From NCBI GenBank assembly GCA_964016885.1, contig OZ024755.1:15314001-15378000 (forward strand): DNA of 64,000 nt. Reading direction: 5' to 3'. Under the pieces are notes generated by a model that was not told where the DNA came from, made no database searches, and was given only the letters and a program-made list of their open reading frames with translations. How positions within the stretch are numbered: position 1 is the stretch's first letter; each line of letters opens with the position of its first letter. Shown here in pieces: positions 1 through 16,784 of this stretch. A program made the translations under genes and the position numbers. Origin of the DNA: Eledone cirrhosa. Taxonomy: Eukaryota.

Positions 1-1460
1 GACTATATATCATTATTGATCTGGTTCAGTTGAAAATAATTAACATATTTAAAAACAGAGCGGCTCATCGGAACTTCAGGGGAATATCAATTAAAATAAG
101 GAGAGAATGTTACATAATGTAGTGTTCCATATATTGGTGTTTCACTATGGTGTCCTGGTTGTATCAGTTATCAGCCATAATCAAGCAGTATTCATCTGTC
201 GAGGCTGCATTGTGTGAGATCTGCCTATGGGTAACAAGATGGCTGCGAAAGGACATATTTACCTTACTAATTAGAGGGTGGTTTCAGGGGAAGTAACTCC
301 TCGACAGATTAGAATTGTGGGTAGTTTATAGTTAAGTGCTAATTTGGGGGTAATTTTTTAAGTGAGACAATGTAGGGGTGGTAACTTATGATGGTGGTGT
401 AAGGTGAGTCAGCTATTCTTATATATATATATACATATTTACATATACATATATACATACATATAATACATTATATACATACATATATATACATATACAT
501 ACATATATATACATACTATATACATATATACATACATAGTATACATACATACATACATATACATATACATATATATACATATACACACATACATATACAT
601 ACATATACATATACATACATATACACATATACATACTATATACACATATACATATACATACATATACACATATACATATATATACATATACACATATACA
701 TACATATACATATATACATATATACATATAGATATATACATATATACATATATATATATACATATACATATATATATACATATACATATATATATACATA
801 TACATATACATATATATATACATATACATATATATATATACATATACTATATAAATATGATATATATACATATACTATATATATACATATACATAATATA
901 TACATATATATATACATATACATATATTACTATACATATACACAGTATATAATATACATATACATATACATATATATATACATGTATATATATATACATA
1001 TACATATACAGTATACATATACATTACATATATACATATACATATACTATACATATACATATACTACATATATATATATATACATATACATATATACTAT
1101 ACATATATATATATACATATACATATATATATATACATATACATATATATATATACATATACATATATATATATACATATACATATACATATACATATAT
1201 ATATATACATATACATATATATATACATATACGTATACATATATATAATATTACATATACATATACATATACATATATATATACATATACATATATACAT
1301 ATACATATACATATATATACATATACATATATATATACATATAGCATATACATATACGTATACATATATATATAGTATACATATATATATATACATATAT
1401 ATATATACGTATACATATATATATACATATACATATATATATATATACATATACATATAT

Positions 1461-1495
<35 letters not shown>

Positions 1496-1606
1496 TATAT
1501 ATATACATATATATATACATATATATATATACATATATATATACATATACATATACATATACATATATATACATATATATATATACATATACATATATAT
1601 ATATAT

Positions 1607-1639
<33 letters not shown>

Positions 1640-1656
1640 TATATACATATATATAT

Positions 1657-1689
<33 letters not shown>

Positions 1690-1708
1690 TATATACATAT
1701 ATATATAT

Positions 1709-1775
<67 letters not shown>

Positions 1776-1816
1776 TATATACATATATATATACATATAT
1801 ACATATATATATATAC

Positions 1817-1861
<45 letters not shown>

Positions 1862-1862
1862 C

Positions 1863-1975
<113 letters not shown>

Positions 1976-2068
1976 TATACATATATATATATATATAAAC
2001 ATATATATACATATATATATATATATATACATATATATACATATATATATATATATACATATATATAC

Positions 2069-2119
<51 letters not shown>

Positions 2120-2184
2120 CATATATATATACATATATATATATATACACATATATATATATACATATACATATATATATATAC

Positions 2185-2321
<137 letters not shown>

Positions 2322-2406
2322 CATATATATATATACATATATATATATACATATACATATATATATATATACATATATATATACATATACATATATATAT
2401 ATATAC

Positions 2407-2451
<45 letters not shown>

Positions 2452-2458
2452 CATATAC

Positions 2459-2489
<31 letters not shown>

Positions 2490-2546
2490 CATATATATAT
2501 ATACATATATATATATACATATATATATATACATACATATATATGC

Positions 2547-2579
<33 letters not shown>

Positions 2580-2644
2580 CATACATATATATATACATAC
2601 ATACATATATATATATATACATACATATATATATATATATATAC

Positions 2645-2756
2645 ATATTGTTATACTTGGGGAGGGTCATGTTTCCGTAATATTGCCAGAATTAATGACA
2701 AGTATAACAATATCTGTTTCGACACACGATTTCATATAAAAAACCTCGCTAAACTA
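2645..2756. mobile_element. Minimal Penelope-like element remnant (inverted 3' end plus 3' end with tail)
   Basis: 2645-2697 matches 5671-5722. 2699-2756 is the reverse complement of 5628-5685. 15-bp inverted repeat ATATTGTTATACTTG/CAAGTATAACAATAT. Confidence 0.85.
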
Positions 2757-2881
2757 TATATACATATATATATACATATATACATATACATATATATATA
2801 TACATACATATATATGCATATACATATACATATATATATATACATACATATATATACATACACATACATATATATATATAC

Positions 2882-2928
<47 letters not shown>

Positions 2929-2983
2929 CATACATATATATATATACATACATATATATATATATACATATATATATACATAC

Positions 2984-3062
<79 letters not shown>

Positions 3063-3069
3063 CATATAC

Positions 3070-3116
<47 letters not shown>

Positions 3117-3612
3117 CATATATATATATACATATATATATATATACATATATATATATACATATATATATATATGACATATATATACATATATATATAT
3201 ACATATATATATATATACATATATATACATATATATATATACATATATATATATACATATATATATATACATATATATATATACATATATATATATATAC
3301 ATATATATATATACATATATATATATACATATATATATATACATATATATATATATACATATATATATATACATATATATATATACATATATATATATAC
3401 ATATATATATATACATATATATATACATATATATATACATATATATATATACATATATATATACATATATATATATACATATATATATACATATATATAT
3501 ACATATATATATACATATATATATATACATATATATATATACATATATATATATACATATATATATATACATATATATATATACATATATATATATACAT
3601 ATATATATATAC

Positions 3613-3661
<49 letters not shown>

Positions 3662-3724
3662 TATACATATATATATATATATATACATATATATACATAT
3701 ATATATATATATACATATATATAC

Positions 3725-3757
<33 letters not shown>

Positions 3758-3834
3758 CATATATATACATATATATATACATATATATATATATACACAT
3801 ATATATATATATACATATACATATATATATATAC

Positions 3835-3929
<95 letters not shown>

Positions 3930-4004
3930 CATATATATATATACATATATATACATATATATATATACATATATATACATATATATATATACACATACAT
4001 ATAC

Positions 4005-4038
<34 letters not shown>

Positions 4039-4060
4039 ATATATATATACATATATATAC

Positions 4061-4094
<34 letters not shown>

Positions 4095-4204
4095 ATATAT
4101 ATATACATATATATACATATATATATATATATATACATATATATACATATATATATATATATATACATATATATACATATATATATATATATACATATAT
4201 ATAC

Positions 4205-4237
<33 letters not shown>

Positions 4238-4300
4238 CATATATATACATATATATATACATATATATATATATACACATATATACATATATATATATAC

Positions 4301-4364
<64 letters not shown>

Positions 4365-4389
4365 ATATATACATAATATATATATATAC

Positions 4390-4468
<79 letters not shown>

Positions 4469-4525
4469 CATATACATATATATATATATACATATATATA
4501 TACATATACATATATATATATATAC

Positions 4526-4620
<95 letters not shown>

Positions 4621-4649
4621 CATATATATATATACATACATATATATGC

Positions 4650-4682
<33 letters not shown>

Positions 4683-4747
4683 CATACATATATATATACA
4701 TACATACATATATATATATACATACATATATATATATATATATATAC

Positions 4748-4860
4748 ATATTGTTATACTTTGGGGAGGGTCATATTTCCGTAATATTGCCAGAATTAAT
4801 GACAAGTATAACAATATCTGTTTCGACACACGATTTCATATAAAAAACCTCGCTAAACTA
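4748..4860. mobile_element. Second copy of the minimal PLE remnant
   Basis: Near-identical to 2645-2756, including the flanking microsatellite variants. Confidence 0.85.
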
Positions 4861-5067
4861 TATATACATATATATATACATATATACATAATACATATAT
4901 ATATATACATACATATATATGCATATACATATACATATATATATATACATACATACATATATATACATACACATACATATATATATATACATACATATAT
5001 ATACATACACATACATATATATATATACATATATATATATACATACACATACATATATATATATACA

Positions 5068-5108
<41 letters not shown>

Positions 5109-5142
5109 ACATATACATATATATATATACATATATATATAC

Positions 5143-5173
<31 letters not shown>

Positions 5174-5186
5174 CATATATATATAC

Positions 5187-5217
<31 letters not shown>

Positions 5218-5256
5218 CATATATATACATATATATATATATACATATATATATAC

Positions 5257-5295
<39 letters not shown>

Positions 5296-5302
5296 CATAT
5301 AT

Positions 5303-5334
<32 letters not shown>

Positions 5335-5347
5335 CATATATATATAC

Positions 5348-5444
<97 letters not shown>

Positions 5445-5457
5445 CATATATATATAC

Positions 5458-5518
<61 letters not shown>

Positions 5519-5595
5519 CATATATATATACATACATATATATATATATACATATATATATACATATATATATACATACATATAATATATATACA

Positions 5596-5629
<34 letters not shown>

Positions 5630-6204
5630 GTTTTGCGAGGTTTTTTATATGAAATCGTGTGTCGAAACAGATATTGTTATATTTGGGGAGGGTCATATTT
5701 GCGTAATATTGCCAGAATTAATAACAGAACACACTCACTGTTTGGTTGGTTTTCGCTTCTCGCTGTCTTTTATATATATATATCTGCGATCTAACTTACT
5801 CGGTCCTCAATGTTGCCATTGACTGACCGGCGGTCAAAAATAATACAGATACAATATAGACAAACACATATATATATAGTTTACATAAATCTTTCGTTGC
5901 ACATCTGCAACATCGTCAGTGGTGTTATATTCATTGTTCCTCCTGTTGTGTTGTATGTCTACGCCATTTTTTTTTTTTTGTTGTTCAGTCTGTCTATATA
6001 TTTATTTATTTATTTGCTTGTTTGTTTATCTTATTTTATTTTGTCTTCTTTGCGCATGCGTTTGCGTGTGTGTATAGTGTTATGTGTGATGTGTGATGTG
6101 TGACTAGTGTGTATAGTGTTGTCTGCTGGGTGACTAGTGTGTGTTTATGTGCTTGTGTATGTATTTATTTATCTTATTTTATTTAATTTAATTTACTTAT
6201 TTAT

Positions 6205-6850
6205 TTATACTTCTCTTAGGTCAGTGTTGTTTGTTTGGGTGTTGTTGTTGTTCCACTCATTCTTTCTGTTTAGCTTTGGTCTTCTAATTTCTATTTCACT
6301 GGCCTCTCTGATTTGCCTATCTGCTGGGTCATTCCTATGTTTAGATATTATTCTAATTTCTATGTTGTCTATGTTACCGTCATGATGTTGTCTAGCATGT
6401 TCGTATAGTACTGACCCGTTTTTTCGTCCTTTTAGTTCCCCCCAGTGTTGGTCTATCCTTTCACCTATGCTACGAGCTGTCTCACCTATGTATGTTGTTG
6501 TCGTGTTTCTGCAAGTACCCTCTGTACATCTTATGCTATAGACTACGTTTCTAGTTTTACAGTTTATCCGGGGGTTCACCTTACATATGATACATTTCCT
6601 ATTGGTACAGTGGGTTTTCTTAAAAGGGTAGGTTTTGCTGATCAGGGATTTTATGGTGGTTCCTGGCTTTTCTACCACCTTTATTTTTAAGTGGGTCTTT
6701 CTCAGGGCCTTTCTACACTGGTTAGCTAATTTCCCTCCAGGGGTGGCGTCCACAAACATGACACTCTGATATCTCTGGTTGTCGTACCATGATGTGGCCT
6801 TCCCTATCTTATGTCTAGCCCTATCTAAGCTATTCCATGATTTGCTCCTG
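6205..6850 (-). pseudogene. Inverted duplicate of the PLE ORF C-terminus (GIY-YIG domain)
   Basis: The ORF track translation is identical to the last 184 aa of the 6916..8826 ORF. Confidence 0.93.
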
Positions 6851-8826
6851 ACATCCTAAAGCCAAGCAGACGCACTGCCAACAACTTCCAGGCGTCTAAC
6901 AATGGCATACCACCCTTGTATGGGCTCCGCAAAGACCACAAGACAGTCGACGACCCGACAATAGGACCACCAACAAGACCTGTATGCGGAGCTAATATAG
7001 CTAGCAACTACAGGATCTCCTACTTCCTCTCAATGGTTATACGCCCCATAATGAAGATGTCCCCAGATGTATGTGAAAGTACAGAGGACCTCCTCAGCAG
7101 AATCAGTGAGTGCAACAAAAACAGGAGCCTATCCAACTGCATAATAGGCAGCATGGATGTGGTGTCACTGTACCCATCCATTAACATTGATTTTGCTGTG
7201 AAAAGATGTGTGGAGATGATCATTGAGAGTGAGGTGGAGTTCTGCGACGTCGACACAGACGAACTGGGCCTCCTACTTAGACTTACCTACGACACTGACT
7301 ACCTAGACAGCCATGACCTTAGATGTTTCTGCCCTAGTAGACCTATAAGAGGTAGACCCCCCACCATAACCTCAATGGCTAAAAAGACTCCCATAGGAAG
7401 GTGGATTGGGTGGACCAAAGCTATACGGACCCCCCAAAACACTGATCAGGTAAGAAAAATGGTCGCACATGCAATAGGGGCTAGTATCAAAACTACCCTA
7501 AAGGGCCACATATTTAAGTTCAATGAGAAAATCTACACCCAAAATGAGGGAGCAGCCATCGGCGTCAGCATAGCTGGCGATGTTGCCAACCTTTTCATGG
7601 TATGGTGGGAAAGGAGACTTAAAGATCTCCTTAATGAAAGCTCCATAGACCTCATCATGTACTCTCGTTATGTAGACGATATCAATATAGTTATAAGAAC
7701 ACCCCCACTAGAGAGCACTAACAAGTTTGATTTAGAACGTAGCACGATGGAAAGCATCCAGCAGATAGCTAATTCCATACACCAGAGTATAACTGTAACT
7801 ATAGACTTCCCTTCCAAACACCCTAACAATAGACTACCTGTATTAGACACAGAACTCTGGATTAACACTATAGACGAGAGAGCCCAAATTCTCCACTCAC
7901 ACTATGCTAAACCCATGGCCTCCAAATACCTGATACTCAAAAACTCAGCAATGTCCAGTAGTGCTAAGTTTAATATTCTGATCGCAGATTTGGTACGAGT
8001 GATGAAGAATGTGTCCAGCATGTGCGACCCAAAAGAAATGGAAGGACACATCCAACACTTCATCAACCGCATGCAGTTCTCTGGCTACAACCAAAGAGAC
8101 AGAGTCAGAGTATACGAAGGAGCCATGGAAAAGTATAAGACCCTCATAGAACTGGACATGAAAGGAATTTGCCCACTATACAGGAGCAAATCATGGAATA
8201 GCTTAGATAGGGCTAGACATAAGATAGGGAAGGCCACATCATGGTACGACAACCAGAGATATCAGAGTGTCATGTTTGTGGACGCCACCCCTGGAGGGAA
8301 ATTAGCTAACCAGTGTAGAAAGGCCCTGAGAAAGACCCACTTAAAAATAAAGGTGGTAGAAAAGCCAGGAACCACCATAAAATCCCTGATCAGCAAAACC
8401 TACCCTTTTAAGAAAACCCACTGTACCAATAGGAAATGTATCATATGTAAGGTGAACCCCCGGATAAACTGTAAAACTAGAAACGTAGTCTATAGCATAA
8501 GATGTACAGAGGGTACTTGCAGAAACACGACAACAACATACATAGGTGAGACAGCTCGTAGCATAGGTGAAAGGATAGACCAACACTGGGGGGAACTAAA
8601 AGGACGAAAAAACGGGTCAGTACTATACGAACATGCTAGACAACATCATGACGGTAACATAGACAACATAGAAATTAGAATAATATCTAAACATAGGAAT
8701 GACCCAGCAGATAGGCAAATCAGAGAGGCCAGTGAAATAGAAATTAGAAGACCAAAGCTAAACAGAAAGAATGAGTGGAACAACAACAACACCCAAACAA
8801 ACAACACTGACCTAAGAGAAGTATAA
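6850..8826 (+). CDS. PLE reverse transcriptase plus GIY-YIG endonuclease (N-terminally truncated, uninterrupted frame)
   Basis: Motifs PPLYGLRKDHK, RPVC, SMDVVSLYPSI, QNEGAAIG, RYVDDI and LPVLD; Cys linker CTNRKCIIC; NVVYSIRC...YIGETARSIGERIDQH...LYEH...RQIREA...LNRKNE. The frame is open from the inversion junction, and the TTG at 6916 is not a true start. Confidence 0.95.
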   Translation, partial: DILKPSRRTANNFQASNNGIPPLYGLRKDHKTVDDPTIGPPTRPVCGANIASNYRISYFLSMVIRPIMKMSPDVCESTEDLLSRISECNKNRSLSNCIIGSMDVVSLYPSINIDFAVKRCVEMIIESEVEFCDVDTDELGLLLRLTYDTDYLDSHDLRCFCPSRPIRGRPPTITSMAKKTPIGRWIGWTKAIRTPQNTDQVRKMVAHAIGASIKTTLKGHIFKFNEKIYTQNEGAAIGVSIAGDVANLFMVWWERRLKDLLNESSIDLIMYSRYVDDINIVIRTPPLESTNKFDLERSTMESIQQIANSIHQSITVTIDFPSKHPNNRLPVLDTELWINTIDERAQILHSHYAKPMASKYLILKNSAMSSSAKFNILIADLVRVMKNVSSMCDPKEMEGHIQHFINRMQFSGYNQRDRVRVYEGAMEKYKTLIELDMKGICPLYRSKSWNSLDRARHKIGKATSWYDNQRYQSVMFVDATPGGKLANQCRKALRKTHLKIKVVEKPGTTIKSLISKTYPFKKTHCTNRKCIICKVNPRINCKTRNVVYSIRCTEGTCRNTTTTYIGETARSIGERIDQHWGELKGRKNGSVLYEHARQHHDGNIDNIEIRIISKHRNDPADRQIREASEIEIRRPKLNRKNEWNNNNTQTNNTDLREV

Positions 8827-9106
8827 ATAAATAAGTAAATTAAATTAAATAAAATAAGATAAATAAATACATACACAAGCACATAAACACACACTAGTCA
8901 CCCAGCAGACAACACTATACACACTAGTCACACATCACACATCACACATAACACTATACACACACGCAAACGCATGCGCAAAGAAGACAAAATAAAATAA
9001 GATAAACAAACAAGCAAATAAATAAATAAATATATAGACAGACTGAACAAAAAAAAAAAAAAATGGCGTAGACATACAACACAACAGGAGGAACAATGAA
9101 TATAAC

Positions 9107-9147
9107 ACCACTGACGATGTTGCAGATGTGCAACGAAAGATTTATGT
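9107..9147 (+). ncRNA. Hammerhead ribozyme-like motif in the PLE terminal repeat (mirror copy at 5883-5923, minus strand)
   Basis: CTGACGA-T-GTTGCA-gatg-TGCAAC-GAAA-gatt-TA-tg. Canonical core and 6-bp stem II, but stem I is weak. Confidence 0.65.
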
Positions 9148-9358
9148 AAACTATATATATATGTGTTTGTCTATATTGTATCTGTATTATTTTTGACCGC
9201 CGGTCAGTCAATGGCAACATTGAGGACCGAGTAAGTTAGATCGCAGATATATATATATAAAAGACAGCGAGAAGCGAAAACCAACCAAACAGTGAGTGTG
9301 TTCTGTTATTAATTCTGGCAATATTACGCAAATATGACCCTCCCCAAATATAACAATA

Positions 9359-11656
<2,298 letters not shown>

Positions 11657-12871
11657 AGGCCTTTGACAGGGTTGATCATAACATTCTACTGAGAAAGCTG
11701 TCCAATATTGGTGTCACTGGAAAGCTGCTGCAGTGGATCAAGAGCTTCCTGTCAAACAGAACCCAACATGTTGTAGTTGAGGGAGTCAAATCCAGCCCAG
11801 CCAAAGTCAGTAGTGGGGTCCCACAAGGCACTGTGTTGGGCCCACTTCTCTTTATCAGCTATATTAATGACATCACTGACATCATCAAACACAGCAACAT
11901 TAAAATTTTCGCTGATGATTCCAAGCTCCAAAAGGTCATCAATGGCGTGGATGACCGGATAAGCCTTCAGTCAGACCTACTGGCTGTTACCCAATGGGCG
12001 GAAAAGAACAACATGTTACTGAACGAAGACAAATTCGAACTGATCCACTTTGGAAAAGAGGATGCTCTGAAACTCCCGTACTCCCTTCCCTCCGGGGAAA
12101 CTCTCGTGGCATCTAACAACATCAGAGACTTGGGACAGCAACATAAGCTGGACCACGCATATAAGCAGCAAAGTTGACATGGCCCGCTGAATGTGTTCCT
12201 GGATCCTCAGAACCTTCCAGTCGAGAGATTCCCGCACCATTATCCTTCTCTTCTCTACTTTTGCCCGACCACACCTTGAATACTGTTGTCCACTGTGGTC
12301 TCCCCACACGAAACAAAGTATCATGAAACTTGAAGCTCCTCAAAGGGCAATCACGAAAAAGATAGATGGCATGTCAGACCTTGACTACTGGGGTCGATTA
12401 GAAAACCTGAAACTTTACTCACTCCAACGTCGCCGTGAGCGTTATATTATCTGCATGATGTGGAAAATGTTCCATCATCACTGCCCAAATGATGTTGGCA
12501 TCGCCTTCAAGATACACCCAAGGCTTGGGCCCCGTGCTATCCGTCCCATTCAAAAATCTAAATCGCAACTCATAACAACAATACGGCAAAATTATTTCAC
12601 CTCAATCGGCCCTGCTCTCTTCAACATCACACCAGGACACGTCAAAACAGAAACTGACCACACAAAATTCAAGAAGTCTTTGGACAAATTCCTCCAAGTA
12701 ATCCCGGACAAACCACCCACACCCGGATATGTCTCCGCAAACAGTAATTCTCTTCTCGAATGGGCCATGGTGCCCAAATCCTGAATTGAAAGACTTCGCC
12801 AGGTGGTGCTATTAAGTTAGACATGGCCTGGGCCAATACTGGCCAAAACATTTCAAAGTTATTCAAAGTTA
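11657..12871 (+). mobile_element. 5'-truncated CR1-clade LINE copy (same family as 56232-61199)
   Basis: Starts at KAFDRVDH and contains [13 protein letters not shown] and FADD. An 11-bp deletion near 12133 shifts the frame. Ends with (TTCAAAGTTA)2. Nearly identical to the full-length copy. Confidence 0.95.
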
Positions 12872-13488
12872 TATGTATATATATACATACATATACATAT
12901 ATATACATATATACATATATATATACATATATATACATATATATATATATACATATATATACATATATATACATACATATATATATACATACATATATAT
13001 ATACATACATACATATATATATACATACATATATATATATACATACATATATATATACATACATATATATATACATACATATATATATACATACATATAT
13101 ATATACATACATATATATATACATACATATATATATACATATATATATATACATACATATATATATACATACATATATATATACATACATATATATATAC
13201 ATACATATATATATACATACATATATATATATACATACATATATATATACATACATATATACATACATATATATATATATACATACATATATACATACAT
13301 ATATATATATATACATACATATATATATATACATACATATATATATACATACATATATATATATACATACATACATATATATACATACATACATATATAT
13401 ACATACATACATATATATATATATACATACATATATATATATACATACATATATACATATATATATATACATACATATCTCTCTCTAT
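12872..13488. repeat. TACA/TA microsatellite
   Basis: Direct inspection. Confidence 0.97.
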
Positions 13489-13771
13489 CTAAGGCGGGTA
13501 AAATTCCCGAGATCCATGGACGAGTTCTCTCCAGCGGTCTCTGTCCCTCATTATCGCTGCCATATCCTGCATCTCCAACAGACCAGTGTCTGTCCTTAGG
13601 GCATCAACATATGTTAACCTTGGTCTTCCTCGTCTAGTGTGTCCATGTAGGGGCTCCCAAAGGAGCACTGAGTGCAATGTCAACTCTGGATGTCGGTGAG
13701 CATGTCCAGCCAACCTCAGTCTCCTCTGTGACACTTTTCGGACCTTCGTAGAGACCTGAAAATCCGCCTCT
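13489..13771 (-). mobile_element. RTE-clade LINE 3' fragment with a short inverted 5' piece (13738-13771)
   Basis: [14 protein letters not shown]...[11 protein letters not shown]...DRDRWR C-terminus. Nearly identical to 43591-43840. Confidence 0.9.
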
Positions 13772-13781
13772 CCATACATAC

Positions 13782-13818
<37 letters not shown>

Positions 13819-16746
13819 CACATATATATATATACACATATATATATATTTATATAATTTATATATAAGTATATATATATATATCTAATTGTGTATATAT
13901 ATATACACATATATATACACACACACACACACGCACACACACATATATATATATACACATATATATATATACATTTATATATATATATATATGTATACAT
14001 ACGTACATATATATATATTTATATATACATATATATGTATGTGTATGAGAGTGTGTATGATTGTATGTGTGTTCTATCGTGTTGTACTTTATCCCATTAG
14101 TTGTCAGCATTATAGGTTTATACAAATTCTTTATTTTAGATTCTTGTGCGATTCCACTATTCTAAGACTGTAGACCATTCAAATAACTAACCAACATAGA
14201 TATATACATGGATACATACACACATTTCGCCATCCATGTGTCTCTATCAATCTCTGAAACCGTTGTTTATTTTGTATGTTGTATATTTGTTTCATTTATA
14301 TTTTGTTGTTATTTTCCTATTGTGAGTTACGAATTGAAGCAGAAATACAAAATGGTTGCTTCTATATCCTTTGATCAAAACTGAATGTATCTTCTTCTTA
14401 GTCTTTTCTTCCTCCTAACCATACATTATATCACCAGTACGCAATGTGTGCGTATATATATATACAAATAGATAGATAAATATATAGATAGATAAATATA
14501 TAGATAGATAGATAGATAGATAGATAAATGTAGATGTATATATATATACTCGATCATATGTTTGCATGTATGTAATTTATCCATGTATGAATGTTTGTGT
14601 GTATGTATGTATATGTGTGTGTCTATATATGTATGTATGCACGGTTGTTTTTTAAGAATGTGTATCCCTGTGGGTCTCTGTGTCTATACGTGTCTTTGTA
14701 TCAATGTGTGAGTATTTCTGCTACATGATGAGTTTGATAAGGGTGCATATATGCCAGACAGCTTGATTATTTAGCGCTTTACTCATGGTAACATGCAGCG
14801 GCCAACTTCGATTTATAAACATGATACCAGTTTCTCAACCGGCATTCCCATGGAGTTTACTAAAGGAGGGGTTGGTAGAACCTACCAGCATCGACAGCAA
14901 CTGTTCTGAACTCTCGGGTGCTGTGAGGAGGCACCAGCTTTCAAATGTTATTGCAACCTTCTCGAATTTTCTCAGGCCAAAGGATATTTGAATACCTTTA
15001 ATACAACCCTTGAAAGAATCTGGAAGATTTTAAATCTGAAGATTATTTGCAGCATAGATCGTAAGGTCACCCTTGTTAAATTGTTTTACGTTGTAAATTC
15101 CAATCCTGCCGACATTCAACTTTGTTTTTTTCCTTTTGGGGTCAAAAAGATAATATAGCAGTCAAATAATCAACTAATTCCTTTCATGCTAATTGCTTGC
15201 CTTATGTTTAAATTATAAATATTTATTTTCCGTACATATTAAATCATACTGTTGTATTTTAAATTACAGACGGAGAAGACATGTTCTTACGATGATCAAC
15301 AAGTCAGTTGTAGCCACGTAATATCGATAGCATTAATATTCTAGTACAATCTCTTTTGTTTCCCTTTTTTTTTATTTAGAAACCAAGACTTTTTTGTTAT
15401 TAGACAATATTTTAATTACTGATAATACAAACATACATGTATGTAAGAACCCGTAACTCCCGAGGGATTCGTGGCGGCTCAATTTTGATATACTTGAGCA
15501 ACTTAATCCTGGCAGATGGCATCACATTTCCAGGTCTGAGCAGAGAAGGAAAGAATAAGAAGAAAGAAGATATAAAGAAAAATGGTCGACCCCCAGTACT
15601 GGAAATGGACTTTTATCGAGCTCGAAAGAATGTAATTTGAAGCTGATTTCTGCAGCATTTAAACTCATAGTGTACAAAGAGCTGGAGCAACTACCACAAA
15701 TCCTTCTATCCAACGTTCTAACGACTTTAACAATTTTCAACCTATATATAATATGCTTATGTATAATAAACATACATATAGCTTAACTGTGAGTATTTTA
15801 ATCTGTAATCATATCATAACTACAACAGTAGCTTACAACGGACCAGGGGTAGATGTGATATGATCACAGCTTATCATACAAACAACGATGTTTATTATAC
15901 ATATAAATTCTTGATATGTAGACCCATATTTGTATATGTAGACCCGTATAAGTATTTTAATTATCATATATATATTAATCCTGAAACAAGAATAACTATT
16001 CTTGTGTTCTATTGTTATTTCCACACAAAGAAGTTACACAATCTTTACAACTTACACAAAATTAAAACTCAGCAACAATCGAACGACAAACATCATTATC
16101 CAGGAAACATTGTTACGCTCTATACGTTTCCATATATGAATAATAAAAGAAACCAAATGAAATGAGAAACTATCTAAAGCAATGAAAGGTTAAATATAAA
16201 ATACCTGTTCCAAGAAAAAAAACCCCATTAAATGAAGAAGACAGGAAAAGAGATAAACTGTTAAATTCTCTTGAGATTCAATAAGGTAAATCTACATATA
16301 TTTTCTACTTTGATAAAATATATAGTTAGAGACCTAAGCCCGAAATATCATGAAACATAACGTTGTGTTTTGTTTATCTTGCTTTATTTCTCTAAACAGT
16401 CCTAACCATATATTTCACCATGCTTCATATAAATGATACAAAACCTTGACAAAATATTTATTTTAAAAATGAAACAAAAAGAAGAGAAGATTCTTCGATT
16501 TAATGGAAAACGTTCAAAATTTATTAGATAGTGAAACCAGATCATCATTTAAAGATTACAGAAGGAACATGTGAGAAAAGATGTAAAGTATCACACACAC
16601 ACGCACACACACTACCTTTACCCTCTATAAAGAAAACCATAAATACCTTCTACGTTTACAAATAAATACAAAATGATGTTTGTATGTATATATATACATT
16701 ATATGCATACATAAAATACATATAATGTTTCTATACACACGCACAC

Positions 16747-16749
<3 letters not shown>

Positions 16750-16784
<35 letters not shown>

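Larger units (their letters stand above)
5628..9358 (+). mobile_element. Penelope-like retroelement (Neptune-like), 5'-truncated, with inverted duplicate of its 3' part
   Basis: 5671-6850 is the near-perfect reverse complement of 8181-9358. The left arm has an extra ~43-bp tail (5628-5670). TA microsatellite on both sides. Confidence 0.95.

Noticed and set aside
9095-9130. SECIS-like AUGA...GA hairpin in the PLE 3' region (selenoprotein-coding PLEs exist)
   Set aside because: The stem is too short, there is no apical AA motif and no in-frame TGA in the visible ORF. The hammerhead fold fits better.
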